A DNA stretch of 64,000 nt from Yuukianura sp. NJ FZ-2021 (GCA_046563655.1 JAJCTO010000013.1:124001-188000), one strand, 5' to 3'; counted from the stretch's first letter, positions 27,601 through 41,581 are shown. Program-made: numbers and translations. The notes: generated by a model not told the origin, from the letters alone.

Positions 27601-30600
27601 TGAGGATTTCAAAAATGTAGTTGACTTTTGCATAGCATTGTTCCGGAGTGCATTTCTTTTGAATTGTTTGTTTTGAAACATGAATTTTCATAAATAAAGG
27701 TAACAAGATGATGGACGACACAGCAAGTAAAAGTTGGTTGCTCTAATACTTTTCATGAGGATTTCAAAAATGTAATTTACTTTACGTTCATTCTCACATT
27801 TGCATGTTCATTCTTACAAATTTAATTCGTTTTGCGTCAAAATGGTGCTCGGCATTACCCTGGGTGCGGTATAAAAACCCCAGATAAAATTCGAGGCGGA
27901 GCGATTAATCCCGACTTTTAAGTCCGCTCTATCCAGCTTTAATGGCGATCTATCCACACCGATTAAACTTGGGGTCCTGCAGTACTTTTCAGGAGGATTT
28001 CAGAAAAGTAACTCATTTTCACCCGGCATCGTTCCGCACTGAGGTTTTTCGAATGTTTTGTTTTGAAACAAATTTTCATAAATAAAATTAACGAGACCAG
28101 GGACAACGCAGCAATTGAAATTGGGTTCATGTAGCCTTTTTTATGAGGATTTCAATACTGTAGTTGACTTTTACCCAGTATTGTTCCCGAGCGCCGCTTT
28201 CTTGAATTTGTTGTTTTGAAACATGAATTTTCATAAATAAAGGTAACAAGATGAGGGACGACACAGCAAGTGAAAGTGGGTTCCAGTAGCACTTTTTATG
28301 AGGAATTCAGAAATGTAGTTGACTTTTACCCAGCATCGTTTCGGAATGCATTTCTTTTGAATTTTTTTGTTTTGAAACATGAATTTTCATAAATAAAGGT
28401 ATCAAGATGAGGGACGACACAGCAAGTCAAAGTAGGTTGCTGTAGCACTTTTCATGAGGATTTCAACAATGTAATTCACTTTCTGTTCATTCTCACATTT
28501 GCATGTTCATTCTCACAAATTTAAGTCGTTTTGCGTAAAAATGGTGCTCGGCATTGCACTGGGTGCCGTATACCAACCCAAGATAAAATCCGAGGCAGAG
28601 CGGTTCATACAGACTTTTTAGTCCGCTCCATCCAGATTTAATGGCGATCTATCCACGCCAATTAGACTTGGGTTCCTGTAGTACTTTTCAGGAGGATTTC
28701 AGAAAAAAAAACTCATTTTCACTCGGAATCGCTCCGCGTGGAGGTTTTTCGAATGATTTGTTTTGAAACAAATTTTCATAAAGAAAAGTAACAAGATGAG
28801 GGACAACACAGCAAGTGAAAGTGGGGTCCTGTAGACCTTTTTATGAGGATTTCAAAAATGTAGTTGACTTTTGCATAGCATTGTTCCGGAGTGCATTTCT
28901 TTTGAATTGTTTGTTTTGAAACATGAATTTTCATAAATAAAGGTAACAAGATGACGGACGACACAGCAAGTAAAAGTTGGTTGCTCTAATACTTTTCATG
29001 AGGATTTCAAAAATGTAATTTACTTTACGTTCATTCTCACATTTGCATGTTCATTCTTACAAATTTAATTCGTTTTGCGTCAAAATGGTGCTCGGCATTA
29101 CCCTGGGTGCGGTATAAAAACCCCAGATAAAATTCGAGGCGGAGCGATTAATCCCGACTTTTAAGTCCGCTCTATCCAGCTTTAATGGCGATCTATCCAC
29201 ACCGATTAAACTTGGGGTCCTGCAGTACTTTTCAGGAGGATTTCAGAAAAGTAACTCATTTTCACCCGGCATCGTTCCGCACTGAGGTTTTTCGAATGTT
29301 TTGTTTTGAAACAAATTTTCATAAATAAAATTAACGAGACCAGGGACAACGCAGCAATTGAAATTGGGTTCATGTAGCCTTTTTTATGAGGATTTCAATA
29401 CTGTAGTTGACTTTTACCCATTATTGTTCCGGAGCGCCACTTTCTTTGAATATGTTGTTTTGAAACATGAATTTTCATAAATAAAGGTAACAAGATGAGG
29501 GACGACACAGCAAGTGAAAGTGGGTTCCAGTAGCACTTTTTATGAGGAATTCAGAAATGTAGTTGACTTTTACCCAGCATCGTTTCGGAATGCATTTCTT
29601 TTGAATTTTTTTGTTTTGAAACATGAATTTTCATAAATAAAGGTATCAAGATGAGGGACGACACAGCAAGTCAAAGTAGGTTGCTGTAGCACTTTTCATG
29701 AGGATTTCAAAAATGTAATTTACTTTACGTTCATTCTCACATTTGCATGTTCATTCTTACAAATTTAATTCGTTTTGCGTCAAAATGGTGCTCGGCATTA
29801 CCCTGGGTGCGGTATAAAAACCCCAGATAAAATTCGAGGCGGAGCGATTAATCCCGACTTTTAAGTCCGCTCTATCCAGCTTTAATGGCGATCTATCCAC
29901 ACCGATTAAACTTGGGGTCCTGCAGTACTTTTCAGGAGGATTTCAGAAAAGTAACTCATTTTCACCCGGCATCGTTCCGCACTGAGGTTTTTCGAATGTT
30001 TTGTTTTGAAACAAATTTTCATAAATAAAATTAACGAGACCAGGGACAACGCAGCAATTGAAATTGGGTTCATGTAGCCTTTTTTATGAGGATTTCAATA
30101 CTGTAGTTGACTTTTACCCATTATTGTTCCGGAGCGCCACTTTCTTGAATTTGTTGTTTTGAAACATGAATTTTCATAAATAAAGGTAACAAGATGAGGG
30201 ACGACACAGCAAGTGAAAGTGGGTTCCAGTAGCACTTTTTATGAGGAATTCAGGAATGTAGTTGACTTTTACCCAGCATCGTTCCGGAATGCATTTCTTT
30301 TGAATTTTTTGTTTTGAAACATGAATTTTCATAAATAAAGGTAACAAGATGAGGGACGACACAGCAAGTGAAAGTAGATTCCTGTAGCACTTTTTATGAG
30401 GAATTCAGGAATGTAGTTGACTTTTACCCAGCATCGTTCCGGAATGCATTTCTTTTGAATTTTTTGTTTTGAAACATGAATTTTCATAAATAAAGGTAAC
30501 AAGATGAGGGACGACACAGCAAGTGAAAGTAGATTCCTGTAGCACTTTTTATGAGGATTTCAAAAATGTAATTTACTTTACGTTCATTCTCACATTTGCA

Positions 30601-33600
30601 TGTTCATTCTTACAAATTTAATTCGTTTTGCGTCAAAATGGTGCTCGGCATTACCCTGGGTGCGGTATAAAAACCCCAGATAAAATTCGAGGCGGAGCGA
30701 TTAATCCCGACTTTTAAGTCCGCTCTATCCAGCTTTAATGGCGATCTATCCACACCGATTAAACTTGGGGTCCTGCAGTACTTTTCAGGAGGATTTCAGA
30801 AAAGTAACTCATTTTCACCCGGCATCGTTCCGCACTGAGGTTTTTCGAATGTTTTGTTTTGAAACAAATTTTCATAAATAAAATTAACGAGACCAGGGAC
30901 AACGCAGCAATTGAGATTGTGTTCATGTAGCCTTTTTTATGAGGATTTCAATACTGTAGTTGACTTTTACCCATTATTGTTCCGGAGCGCCACTTTCTTG
31001 AATTTGTTGTTTTGAAACATGAATTTTCATAAATAAAGGTAACAAGATGAGGGACGACACAGCAAGTGAAAGTGGGTTCCAGTAGCACTTTTTATGAGGA
31101 ATTCAGAAATGTAGTTGACTTTTACCCAGCATCGTTCCGGAATGCATTTCTTTTGAATTTTTTGTTTTGAAACATGAATTTTCATAAATAAAGGTAACAA
31201 GATGAGGGACGACACAGCAAGTGAAAGTAGATTCCTGTAGCACTTTTTATGAGGATTTCAAAAATGTAATTTACTTTACGTTCATTCTCACATTTGCATG
31301 TTCATTCTTACAAATTTAATTCGTTTTGCGTCAAAATGGTGCTCGGCATTACCCTGGGTGCGGTATAAAAACCCCAGATAAAATTCGAGGCGGAGCGATT
31401 AATCCCGACTTTTAAGTCCGCTCTATCCAGCTTTAATGGCGATCTATCCACACCAATTAAACTTGGGGTCCTGCAGTACTTTTCAGGAGGATTTCAGAAA
31501 AGTAACTCATTTTCACCCGGCATCGTTCCGCACTGAGGTTTTTCGAATGTTTTGTTTTGAAACAAATTTTCATAAATAAAATTAACGAGACCAGGGACAA
31601 CGCAGCAATTGAAATTGGGTTCATGTAGCCTTTTTTATGAGGATTTCAATACTGTAGTTGACTTTTACCCATTATTGTTCCGGAGCGCCACTTTCTTGAA
31701 TTTGTTGTTTTGAAACATGAATTTTCATAAATAAAGGTAACAAGATGAGGGACGACACAGCAAGTGAAAGTGGGTTCCAGTAGCACTTTTTATGAGGAAT
31801 TCAGAAATGTAGTTGACTTTTACCCAGCATCGTTCCGGAATGCATTTCTTTTGAATTTTTTGTTTTGAAACATGAATTTTCATAAATAAAGGTAACAAGA
31901 TGAGGGACGACACAGCAAGTGAAAGTAGATTCCTGTAGCACTTTTTATGAGGATTTCAAAAATGTAATTTACTTTACGTTCATTCTCACATTTGCATGTT
32001 CATTCTTACAAATTTAATTCGTTTTGCGTCAAAATGGTGCTCGGCATTACCCTGGGTGCGGTATAAAAACCCCAGATAAAATTCGAGGCGGAGCGATTAA
32101 TCCCGACTTTTAAGTCCGCTCTATCCAGCTTTAATGGCGATCTATCCACACCAATTAAACTTGGGGTCCTGCAGTACTTTTCAGGAGGATTTCAGAAAAG
32201 TAAGTCATTTTTACCCGGCATCGTTCCGCACTTAGGTTTTTCGAATGTTTTGTTTTGAAACAAATTTTTATAAATAAAATTAACGAGACCAGGGACGACA
32301 CAGCAATTGAAATTGGGTTCATGTAGCCTTTTTTATGAGGATTTCAATACTGTAGTTGACTTTTACCCAGTATTGTTCCGGAGCGCCGCTTTCTTGAATT
32401 TGTTGTTTTGAAACATGAATTTTCATAAATAAAGGTAACAAGATGAGGGACGACACAGCAAGTGAAAGTAGATTCCTGTAGCACTTTTTATGAGGATTTC
32501 AAAAATGTAATTTACTTTACGTTCATTCTCACATTTGCATGTTCATTCTTACAAATTTAATTCGTTTTGCGTCAAAATGGTGCTCGGCATTACCCTGGGT
32601 GCGGTATAAAAACCCCAGATAAAATTCGAGGCGGAGCGATTAATCCCGACTTTTAAGTCCGCTCTATCCAGCTTTAATGGCGATCTATCCACACCAATTA
32701 AACTTGGGGTCCTGCAGTACTTTTCAGGAGGATTTCAGAAAAGTAACTCATTTTCACCCGGCATCGTTCCGCACTGAGGTTTTTCGAATGTTTTGTTTTG
32801 AAACAAATTTTCATAAATAAAATTAACGAGACCAGGGACAACGCAGCAATTGAGATTGTGTTCATGTAGCCTTTTTTATGAGGATTTCAATACTGTAGTT
32901 GACTTTTACCCATTATTGTTCCGGAGCGCCACTTTCTTGAATTTGTTGTTTTGAAACATGAATTTTCATAAATAAAGGTAACAAGATGAGGGACGACACA
33001 GCAAGTGAAAGTGGGTTCCAGTAGCACTTTTTATGAGGAATTCAGAAATGTAGTTGACTTTTACCCAGCATCGTTCCGGAATGCATTTCTTTTGAATTTT
33101 TTGTTTTGAAACATGAATTTTCATAAATAAAGGTAACAAGATGAGGGACGACACAGCAAGTGAAAGTAGATTCCTGTAGCACTTTTTATGAGGATTTCAA
33201 AAATGTAATTTACTTTACGTTCATTCTCACATTTGCATGTTCATTCTTACAAATTTAATTCGTTTTGCGTCAAAATGGTGCTCGGCATTACCCTGGGTGC
33301 GGTATAAAAACCCCAGATAAAATTCGAGGCGGAGCGATTAATCCCGACTTTTAAGTCCGCTCTATCCAGCTTTAATGGCGATCTATCCACACCGATTAAA
33401 CTTGGGGTCCTGCAGTACTTTTCAGGAGGATTTCAGAAAAGTAACTCATTTTCACCCGGCATCGTTCCGCACTGAGGTTTTTCGAATGTTTTGTTTTGAA
33501 ACAAATTTTCATAAATAAAATTAACGAGACCAGGGACAACGCAGCAATTGAAATTGGGTTCATGTAGCCTTTTTTATGAGGATTTCAATACTGTAGTTGA

Positions 33601-36600
33601 CTTTTACCCATTATTGTTCCGGAGCGCCACTTTCTTGAATTTGTTGTTTTGAAACATGAATTTTCATAAATAAAGGTAACAAGATGAGGGACGACACAGC
33701 AAGTGAAAGTGGGTTCCAGTAGCACTTTTTATGAGGAATTCAGAAATGTAGTTGACTTTTACCCAGCATCGTTTCGGAATGCATTTCTTTTGAATTTTTT
33801 TGTTTTGAAACATGAATTTTCATAAATAAAGGTATCAAGATGAGGGACGACACAGCAAGTGAAAGTGGGTTCCAGTAGCACTTTTTATGAGGATTTCAAC
33901 AATGTAATTCACTTTCTGTTCATTCTCACATTTGCATGTTCATTCTCACAAATTTAAGTCGTTTTGCGTAAAAATGGTGCTCGGCATTGCACTGGGTGCC
34001 GTATACCAACCCAAGATAAAATCCGAGGCAGAGCGGTTCATACAGACTTTTTAGTCCGCTCCATCCAGATTTAATGGCGATCTATCCACGCCAATTAGAC
34101 TTGGGTTCCTGTAGTACTTTTCAGGAGGATTTCAGAAAAGTAACTCATTTTCACTCGGAATCGCTCCGCGTGGAGGTTTTTCGAATGATTTGTTTTGAAA
34201 CAAATTTTCATAAAGAAAAGTAACAAGATGAGGGACAACACAGCAAGTGAAAGTGGGGTCCTGTAGACCTTTTTATGAGGATTTCAAAAATGTAGTTGAC
34301 TTTTGCATAGCATTGTTCCGGAGTGCATTTCTTTTGAATTGTTTGTTTTGAAACATGAATTTTCATAAATAAAGGTAACAAGATGATGGACGACACAGCA
34401 AGTAAAAGTTGGTTGCTCTAATACTTTTCATGAGGATTTCAAAAATGTAATTTACTTTACGTTCATTCTCACATTTGCATGTTCATTCTTACAAATTTAA
34501 TTCGTTTTGCGTCAAAATGGTGCTCGGCATTACCCTGGGTGCGGTATAAAAACCCCAGATAAAATTCGAGGCGGAGCGATTAATCCCGACTTTTAAGTCC
34601 GCTCTATCCAGCTTTAATGGCGATCTATCCACACCGATTAAACTTGGGGTCCTGCAGTACTTTCCAGGAGGATTTCAGAAAAGTAAGTCATTTTCACCCG
34701 GCATCGTTCCGCACTGAGGTTTTTCGAATGTTTTGTTTTGAAACAAATTTTTATAAATAAAATTAACGAGACCAGGGACGACACAGCAATTGAGATTGGG
34801 TTCATGTAGCCTTTTTTATGAGGATTTCAATACTGTAGTTGACTTTTACCCAGTATTGTTCCCGAGCGCCGCTTTCTTGAATTTGTTGTTTTGAAACATG
34901 AATTTTCATAAATAAAGGTAACAAGATGAGGGACGACACAGCAAGTGAAAGTGGGTTCCAGTAGCACTTTTTATGAGGAATTCAGAAATGTAGTTGACTT
35001 TTACCCAGCATCGTTTCGGAATGCATTTCTTTTGAATTTTTTGTTTTGAAACATGAATTTTCATAAATAAAGGTAACAAGATGAGGGACGACACAGCAAG
35101 TCAAAGTAGGTTGCTGTAGCACTTTTCATGAGGATTTCAACAATGTAATTCACTTTCTGTTCATTCTCACATTTGCATGTTCATTCTCACAAATTTAAGT
35201 CGTTTTGCGTAAAAATGGTGCTCGGCATTGCACTGGGTGCCGTATACCAACCCAAGATAAAATCCGAGGCAGAGCGGTTCATACAGACTTTTTAGTCCGC
35301 TCCATCCAGATTTAATGGCGATCTATCCACGCCAATTAGACTTGGGTTCCTGTAGTACTTTTCAGGAGGATTTCAGAAAAAAAACTCATTTTCACTCGGA
35401 ATCGCTCCGCGTGGAGGTTTTTCGAATGATTTGTTTTGAAACAAATTTTCATAAAGAAAAGTAACAAGATGAGGGACAACACAGCAAGTGAAAGTGGGGT
35501 CCTGTAGACCTTTTTATGAGGATTTCAAAAATGTAGTTGACTTTTGCATAGCATTGTTCCGGAGTGCATTTCTTTTGAATTGTTTGTTTTGAAACATGAA
35601 TTTTCATAAATAAAGGTAACAAGATGATGGACGACACAGCAAGTAAAAGTTGGTTGCTCTAATACTTTTCATGAGGATTTCAAAAATGTAATTTACTTTA
35701 CGTTCATTCTCACATTTGCATGTTCATTCTTACAAATTTAATTCGTTTTGCGTCAAAATGGTGCTCGGCATTACCCTGGGTGCGGTATAAAAACCCCAGA
35801 TAAAATTCGAGGCGGAGCGATTAATCCCGACTTTTAAGTCCGCTCTATCCAGCTTTAATGGCGATCTATCCACACCGATTAAACTTGGGGTCCTGCAGTA
35901 CTTTCCAGGAGGATTTCAGAAAAGTAAGTCATTTTCACCCGGCATCGTTCCGCACTGAGGTTTTTCGAATGTTTTGTTTTGAAACAAATTTTTATAAATA
36001 AAATTAACGAGACCAGGGACGACACAGCAATTGAGATTGGGTTCATGTAGCCTTTTTTATGAGGATTTCAATACTGTAGTTGACTTTTACCCAGTATTGT
36101 TCCCGAGCGCCGCTTTCTTGAATTTGTTGTTTTGAAACATGAATTTTCATAAATAAAGGTAACAAGATGAGGGACGACACAGCAAGTGAAAGTGGGTTCC
36201 AGTAGCACTTTTTATGAGGAATTCAGAAATGTAGTTGACTTTTACCCAGCATCGTTTCGGAATGCATTTCTTTTGAATTTTTTTGTTTTGAAACATGAAT
36301 TTTCATAAATAAAGGTATCAAGATGAGGGACGACACAGCAAGTCAAAGTAGGTTGCTGTAGCACTTTTCATGAGGATTTCAACAATGTAATTCACTTTCT
36401 GTTCATTCTCACATTTGCATGTTCATTCTCACAAATTTAAGTCGTTTTGCGTAAAAATGGTGCTCGGCATTGCACTGGGTGCCGTATACCAACCCAAGAT
36501 AAAATCCGAGGCAGAGCGGTTCATACAGACTTTTTAGTCCGCTCCATCCAGATTTAATGGCGATCTATCCACGCCAATTAGACTTGGGTTCCTGTAGTAC

Positions 36601-39600
36601 TTTTCAGGAGGATTTCAGAAAAAAACTCATTTTCACTCGGAATCGCTCCGCGTGGAGGTTTTTCGAATGATTTGTTTTGAAACAAATTTTCATAAAGAAA
36701 ATGAATTTTCATAAATAAAGGTAACAAGATGAGGGACGACACAGCAAGTGAAAGTGGGTTCCAGTAGCACTTTTTATGAGGAATTCAGAAATGTAGTTGA
36801 CTTTTACCCAGCATCGTTCCGGAATGCATTTCTTTTGAATTTTTTTGTTTTGAAACATGAATTTTCATAAATAAAGGTAACAAGATGAGGGACGACACAG
36901 CAAGTGAAAGTAGATTCCTGTAGCACTTTTTATGAGGATTTCAAAAATGTAATTTACTTTACGTTCATTCTCACATTTGCATGTTCATTCTTACAAATTT
37001 AATTCGTTTTGCGTCAAAATGGTGCTCGGCATTACCCTGGGTGCGGTATAAAAACCCCAGATAAAATTCGAGGCGGAGCGATTAATCCCGACTTTTAAGT
37101 CCGCTCTATCCAGCTTTAATGGCGATCTATCCACACCGATTAAACTTGGGGTCCTGCAGTACTTTTCAGGAGGATTTCAGAAAAGTAACTCATTTTCACC
37201 CGGCATCGTTCCGCACTGAGGTTTTTCGAATGTTTTGTTTTGAAACAAATTTTCATAAATAAAATTAACGAGACCAGGGACAACGCAGCAATTGAAATTG
37301 GGTTCATGTAGCCTTTTTTATGAGGATTTCAATACTGTAGTTGACTTTTACCCATTATTGTTCCGGAGCGCCACTTTCTTGAATTTGTTGTTTTGAAACA
37401 TGAATTTTCATAAATAAAGGTAACAAGATGAGGGACGACACAGCAAGTGAAGGTGGGTTCCAGTAGCACTTTTTATGAGGAATTCAGAAATGTAGTTGAC
37501 TTTTACCCAGCATCGTTCCGGAATGCATTTCTTTTGAATTTTTTGTTTTGAAACATGAATTTTCATAAATAAAGGTAACAAGATGAGGGACGACACAGCA
37601 AGTGAAAGTAGATTCCTGTAGCACTTTTTATGAGGATTTCAAAAATGTAATTTACTTTACGTTCATTCTCACATTTGCATGTTCATTCTTACAAATTTAA
37701 TTCGTTTTGCGTCAAAATGGTGCTCGGCATTACCCTGGGTGCGGTATAAAAACCCCAGATAAAATTCGAGGCGGAGCGATTAATCCCGACTTTTAAGTCC
37801 GCTCTATCCAGCTTTAATGGCGATCTATCCACACCGATTAAACTTGGGGTCCTGCAGTACTTTCCAGGAGGATTTCAGAAAAGTAAGTCATTTTCACCTG
37901 GCATCGTTCCGCACTGAGGTTTTTCGAATGTTTTGTTTTGAAACAAATTTTTATAAATAAAATTAACGAGACCAGGGACGACACAGCAATTGAGATTGGG
38001 TTCATGTAGCCTTTTTTATGAGGATTTCAATACTGTAGTTGACTTTTACCCAGTATTGTTCCCGAGCGCCGCTTTCTTGAATTTGTTGTTTTGAAACATG
38101 AATTTTCATAAATAAAGGTAACAAGATGAGGGACGACACAGCAAGTGAAAGTGGGTTCCAGTAGCACTTTTTATGAGGAATTCAGAAATGTAGTTGACTT
38201 TTACCCAGCATCGTTTCGGAATGCATTTCTTTTGAATTTTTTTGTTTTGAAACATGAATTTTCATAAATAAAGGTATCAAGATGAGGGACGACACAGCAA
38301 GTCAAAGTAGGTTGCTGTAGCACTTTTCATGAGGATTTCAACAATGTAATTCACTTTCTGTTCATTCTCACATTTGCATGTTCATTCTCACAAATTTAAG
38401 TCGTTTTGCGTAAAAATGGTGCTCGGCATTGCACTGGGTGCCGTATACCAACCCAAGATAAAATCCGAGGCAGAGCGGTTCATACAGACTTTTTAGTCCG
38501 CTCCATCCAGATTTAATGGCGATCTATCCACGCCAATTAGACTTGGGTTCCTGTAGTACTTTTCAGGAGGATTTCAGAAAAAAAACTCATTTTCACTCGG
38601 AATCGCTCCGCGTGGAGGTTTTTCGAATGATTTGTTTTGAAACAAATTTTCATAAAGAAAAGTAACAAGATGAGGGACAACACAGCAAGTGAAAGTGGGT
38701 TCCAGTAGCACTTTTTATGAGGAATTCAGAAATGTAGTTGACTTTTACCCAGCATCGTTTCGGAATGCATTTCTTTTGAATTTTTTGTTTTGAAACATGA
38801 ATTTTCATAAATAAAGGTAACAAGATGAGGGACGACACAGCAAGTGAAAGTAGATTCCTGTAGCACTTTTTATGAGGATTTCAAAAATGTAATTTACTTT
38901 ACGTTCATTCTCACATTTGCATGTTCATTCTTACAAATTTAATTCGTTTTGCGTCAAAATGGTGCTCGGCATTACCCTGGGTGCGGTATAAAAACCCCAG
39001 ATAAAATTCGAGGCGGAGCGATTAATCCCGACTTTTAAGTCCGCTCTATCCAGCTTTAATGGCGATCTATCCACACCGATTAAACTTGGGGTCCTGCAGT
39101 ACTTTTCAGGAGGATTTCAGAAAAGTAACTCATTTTCACCCGGCATCGTTCCGCACTGAGGTTTTTCGAATGTTTTGTTTTGAAACAAATTTTCATAAAT
39201 AAAATTAACGAGACCAGGGACAACGCAGCAATTGAAATTGGGTTCATGTAGCCTTTTTTATGAGGATTTCAATACTGTAGTTGACTTTTACCCATTATTG
39301 TTCCGGAGCGCCACTTTCTTGAATTTGTTGTTTTGAAACATGAATTTTCATAAATAAAGGTAACAAGATGAGGGACGACACAGCAAGTGAAGGTGGGTTC
39401 CAGTAGCACATTTTATGAGGAATTCAGAAATGTAGTTGACTTTTACCCAGCATCGTTCCGGAATGCATTTCTTTTGAATTTTTTGTTTTGAAACATGAAT
39501 TTTCATAAATAAAGGTAACAAGATGAGGGACGACACAGCAAGTGAAAGTAGATTCCTGTAGCACTTTTTATGAGGATTTCAAAAATGTAATTTACTTTAC

Positions 39601-41030
39601 GTTCATTCTCACATTTGCATGTTCATTCTTACAAATTTAATTCGTTTTGCGTCAAAATGGTGCTCGGCATTACCCTGGGTGCGGTATAAAAAACCCAGAT
39701 AAAATTCGAGGCGGAGCGATTAATCCCGACTTTCAAGTCCGCTCTATCCAGCTTTAATGGCGATCTATCCACACCAATTAAACTTGGGGTCCTGCAGTAC
39801 TTTTCAGGAGGATTTCAGAAAAGTAACTCATTTTCACCCGGCATCGTTCCGCACTGAGGTTTTTCGAATGTTTTGTTTTGAAACAAATTTTCATAAATAA
39901 AATTAACGAGACCAGGGACAACGCAGCAATTGAAATTGGGTTCATGTAGCCTTTTTTATGAGGATTTCAATACTGTAGTTGACTTTTACCCATTATTGTT
40001 CCGGAGCGCCACTTTCTTGAATTTGTTGTTTTGAAACATGAATTTTCATAAATAAAGGTAACAAGATGAGGGACGACACAGCAAGTGAAAGTAGATTCCT
40101 GTAGCACTTTTTATGAGGATTTCAAAAATGTAATTTACTTTACGTTCATTCTCACATTTGCATGTTCATTCTTACCAATTTAATTCGTTTTGCGTCAAAA
40201 TTTTGCTCGGCATTACCCTGGGTGCGGTATAAAAACCCCAGATAAAATTCGAGGCGGAGCGATTAATCCCGACTTTTAAGTCCGCTCTATCCAGCTTTAA
40301 TGGCGATCTATCTACACCAATTAAACTTGGGGTCCTGCAGTACTTTTCAGGAGGATTTCAGAAAAGTAACTCATTTTCACCCGGCATCGTTCCGCACTGA
40401 GGTTTTTCGAATGTTTTGTTTTGAAACAAATTTTCATAAATAAAATTAACGAGACCAGGGACAACGCAGCAATTGAAATTGGGTTCATGTAGCCTTTTTT
40501 ATGAGGATTTCAATACTGTAGTTGACTTTTACCCATTATTGTTCCGGAGCGCCACTTTCTTGAATTTGTTGTTTTGAAACATGAATTTTCATAAATAAAG
40601 GTAACAAGATGAGGGACGACACAGCAAGTGAAGGTGGGTTCCAGTAGCACATTTTATGAGGAATTCAGAAATGTAGTTGACTTTTACCCAGCATCGTTCC
40701 GGAATGCATTTCTTTTGAATTTTTTGTTTTGAAACATGAATTTTCATAAATAAAGGTAACAAGATGAGGGACGACACAGCAAGAGAAAGTAGATTCCTGT
40801 AGCACTTTTTATCAGGATTTCAAAAATGTAATTTACTTTACGTTCATTCTTACATTTGCATGTTCATTCTTACAAATTTAATTCGTTTTGCGTCAAAATG
40901 GTGCTCGGCATTGCACTGGGTGCCGTATACCAACCCAAGATAAAATTCGAGGCGGAGTGATTAATCCCGACTTTTAAGTCCGCTCTATCCAGCTTTAATG
41001 GCGATCTATCCACACCAATTAGGGGCGAGT

Positions 41031-41086
41031 TGGCTCAGTGGTTAAGCCATCAATGCTTTTCCACTGGCCGGCCTGGGTTCGCACCC
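41031..41086 (+). promoter_or_regulatory. Internal RNA polymerase III type-2 promoter (A box and B box) of the SINE
   Basis: A box TGGCTCAGTGG at 41031-41041 matches TRGCNNAGYGG. B box GGTTCGCACCC at 41076-41086 has one deviation from GGTTCGANNCC and sits in a T-arm-like stem CTGGG/CCCAG. The spacing is tRNA-like. Confidence 0.85.
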
Positions 41087-41533
41087 AGTCAGCGGGAGAG
41101 GAAAAAGAAGTCGAGGCCGTGGGTCCTCCCTGTCCCGAAGCAGGGAGGCAAGTGCTGGACTTCTGCCTTTCCTGCGGCTGTTGTGCGGACACCCCAAGAT
41201 AAAGGAGAGTGTCGGGGGCACCGCATCTGCAAGAACTGCCTGCTGTGGTCACAGTACCAAGCTGACCTTGAGTCAGAGGTCTGTGATCATCGCATGGAGC
41301 AGGTAAGAGCTTCGCAGATGTTGGTGTTTACTGATTACTACTTCTTGAACCAGTCCATTAAGCAAAAAACACTCATTCAATCTGATTTGTTTATCGAAAT
41401 ACGGACGACCTCCGTAGGGTGATAACATTCAGATTATCATAATGTGTGTTTGCTCAGAAAGGACAAAAAATAACGCTGTTTCTAAAGGGGTTGATGTTGA
41501 AATATTCCATATAAGCGAATGCTCAGCGTGAGT

Positions 41534-41581
41534 CAGTCACCTAAATATAGGTGACTGCTCCCCCCAATAAACATATATATA
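41534..41581 (+). other. SINE 3' terminal module: stem-loop, AATAAA and (AT)n tail
   Basis: CAGTCACCTA-AATA-TAGGTGACTG is a perfect 10-bp stem (41534-41557), followed by CTCCCCCC-AATAAA-C-ATATATATA. Confidence 0.85.

Larger units (their letters stand above)
41022..41581 (+). mobile_element. tRNA-derived SINE, 560 bp, inserted in satellite A
   Basis: Perfect 15-bp TSD TATCCACACCAATTA at 41007-41021 and 41582-41596. The head starts GGGG and carries Pol III A and B boxes. The 3' end has a 10-bp hairpin, AATAAA (41566-41571) and an (AT)n tail. The satellite resumes in register afterwards. Confidence 0.93.

Noticed and set aside
934..40777. Dozens of 61-71 aa minus-strand ORFs (MSSLILLPLF...)
   Set aside because: They are by-products of the satellite period. 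They span monomer junctions, are freely broken by 1-bp T-run changes and show no recognisable domain.
41022..41095. Functional tRNA gene
   Set aside because: A and B boxes are present, but there is no convincing acceptor or anticodon stem. It is the head of a TSD-flanked 560-bp element.
41193..41203. CCCAAGATAAA shared between the SINE and the type-II satellite core
   Set aside because: Only 11 bp with no flanking similarity, compatible with chance.
41296..41304. GGAGCAGGT resembling SRP (7SL) RNA helix 8
   Set aside because: The matching 5' strand and GNRA tetraloop are missing, and the motif pairs instead with GCCTGCT in hairpin H3.
41019..41422. 130-aa (+) and 77-aa (-) ORFs in the SINE
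   Set aside because: No recognisable domain, the plus ORF has a non-ATG start within the A box region, and both are expected by chance in GC-richer sequence.
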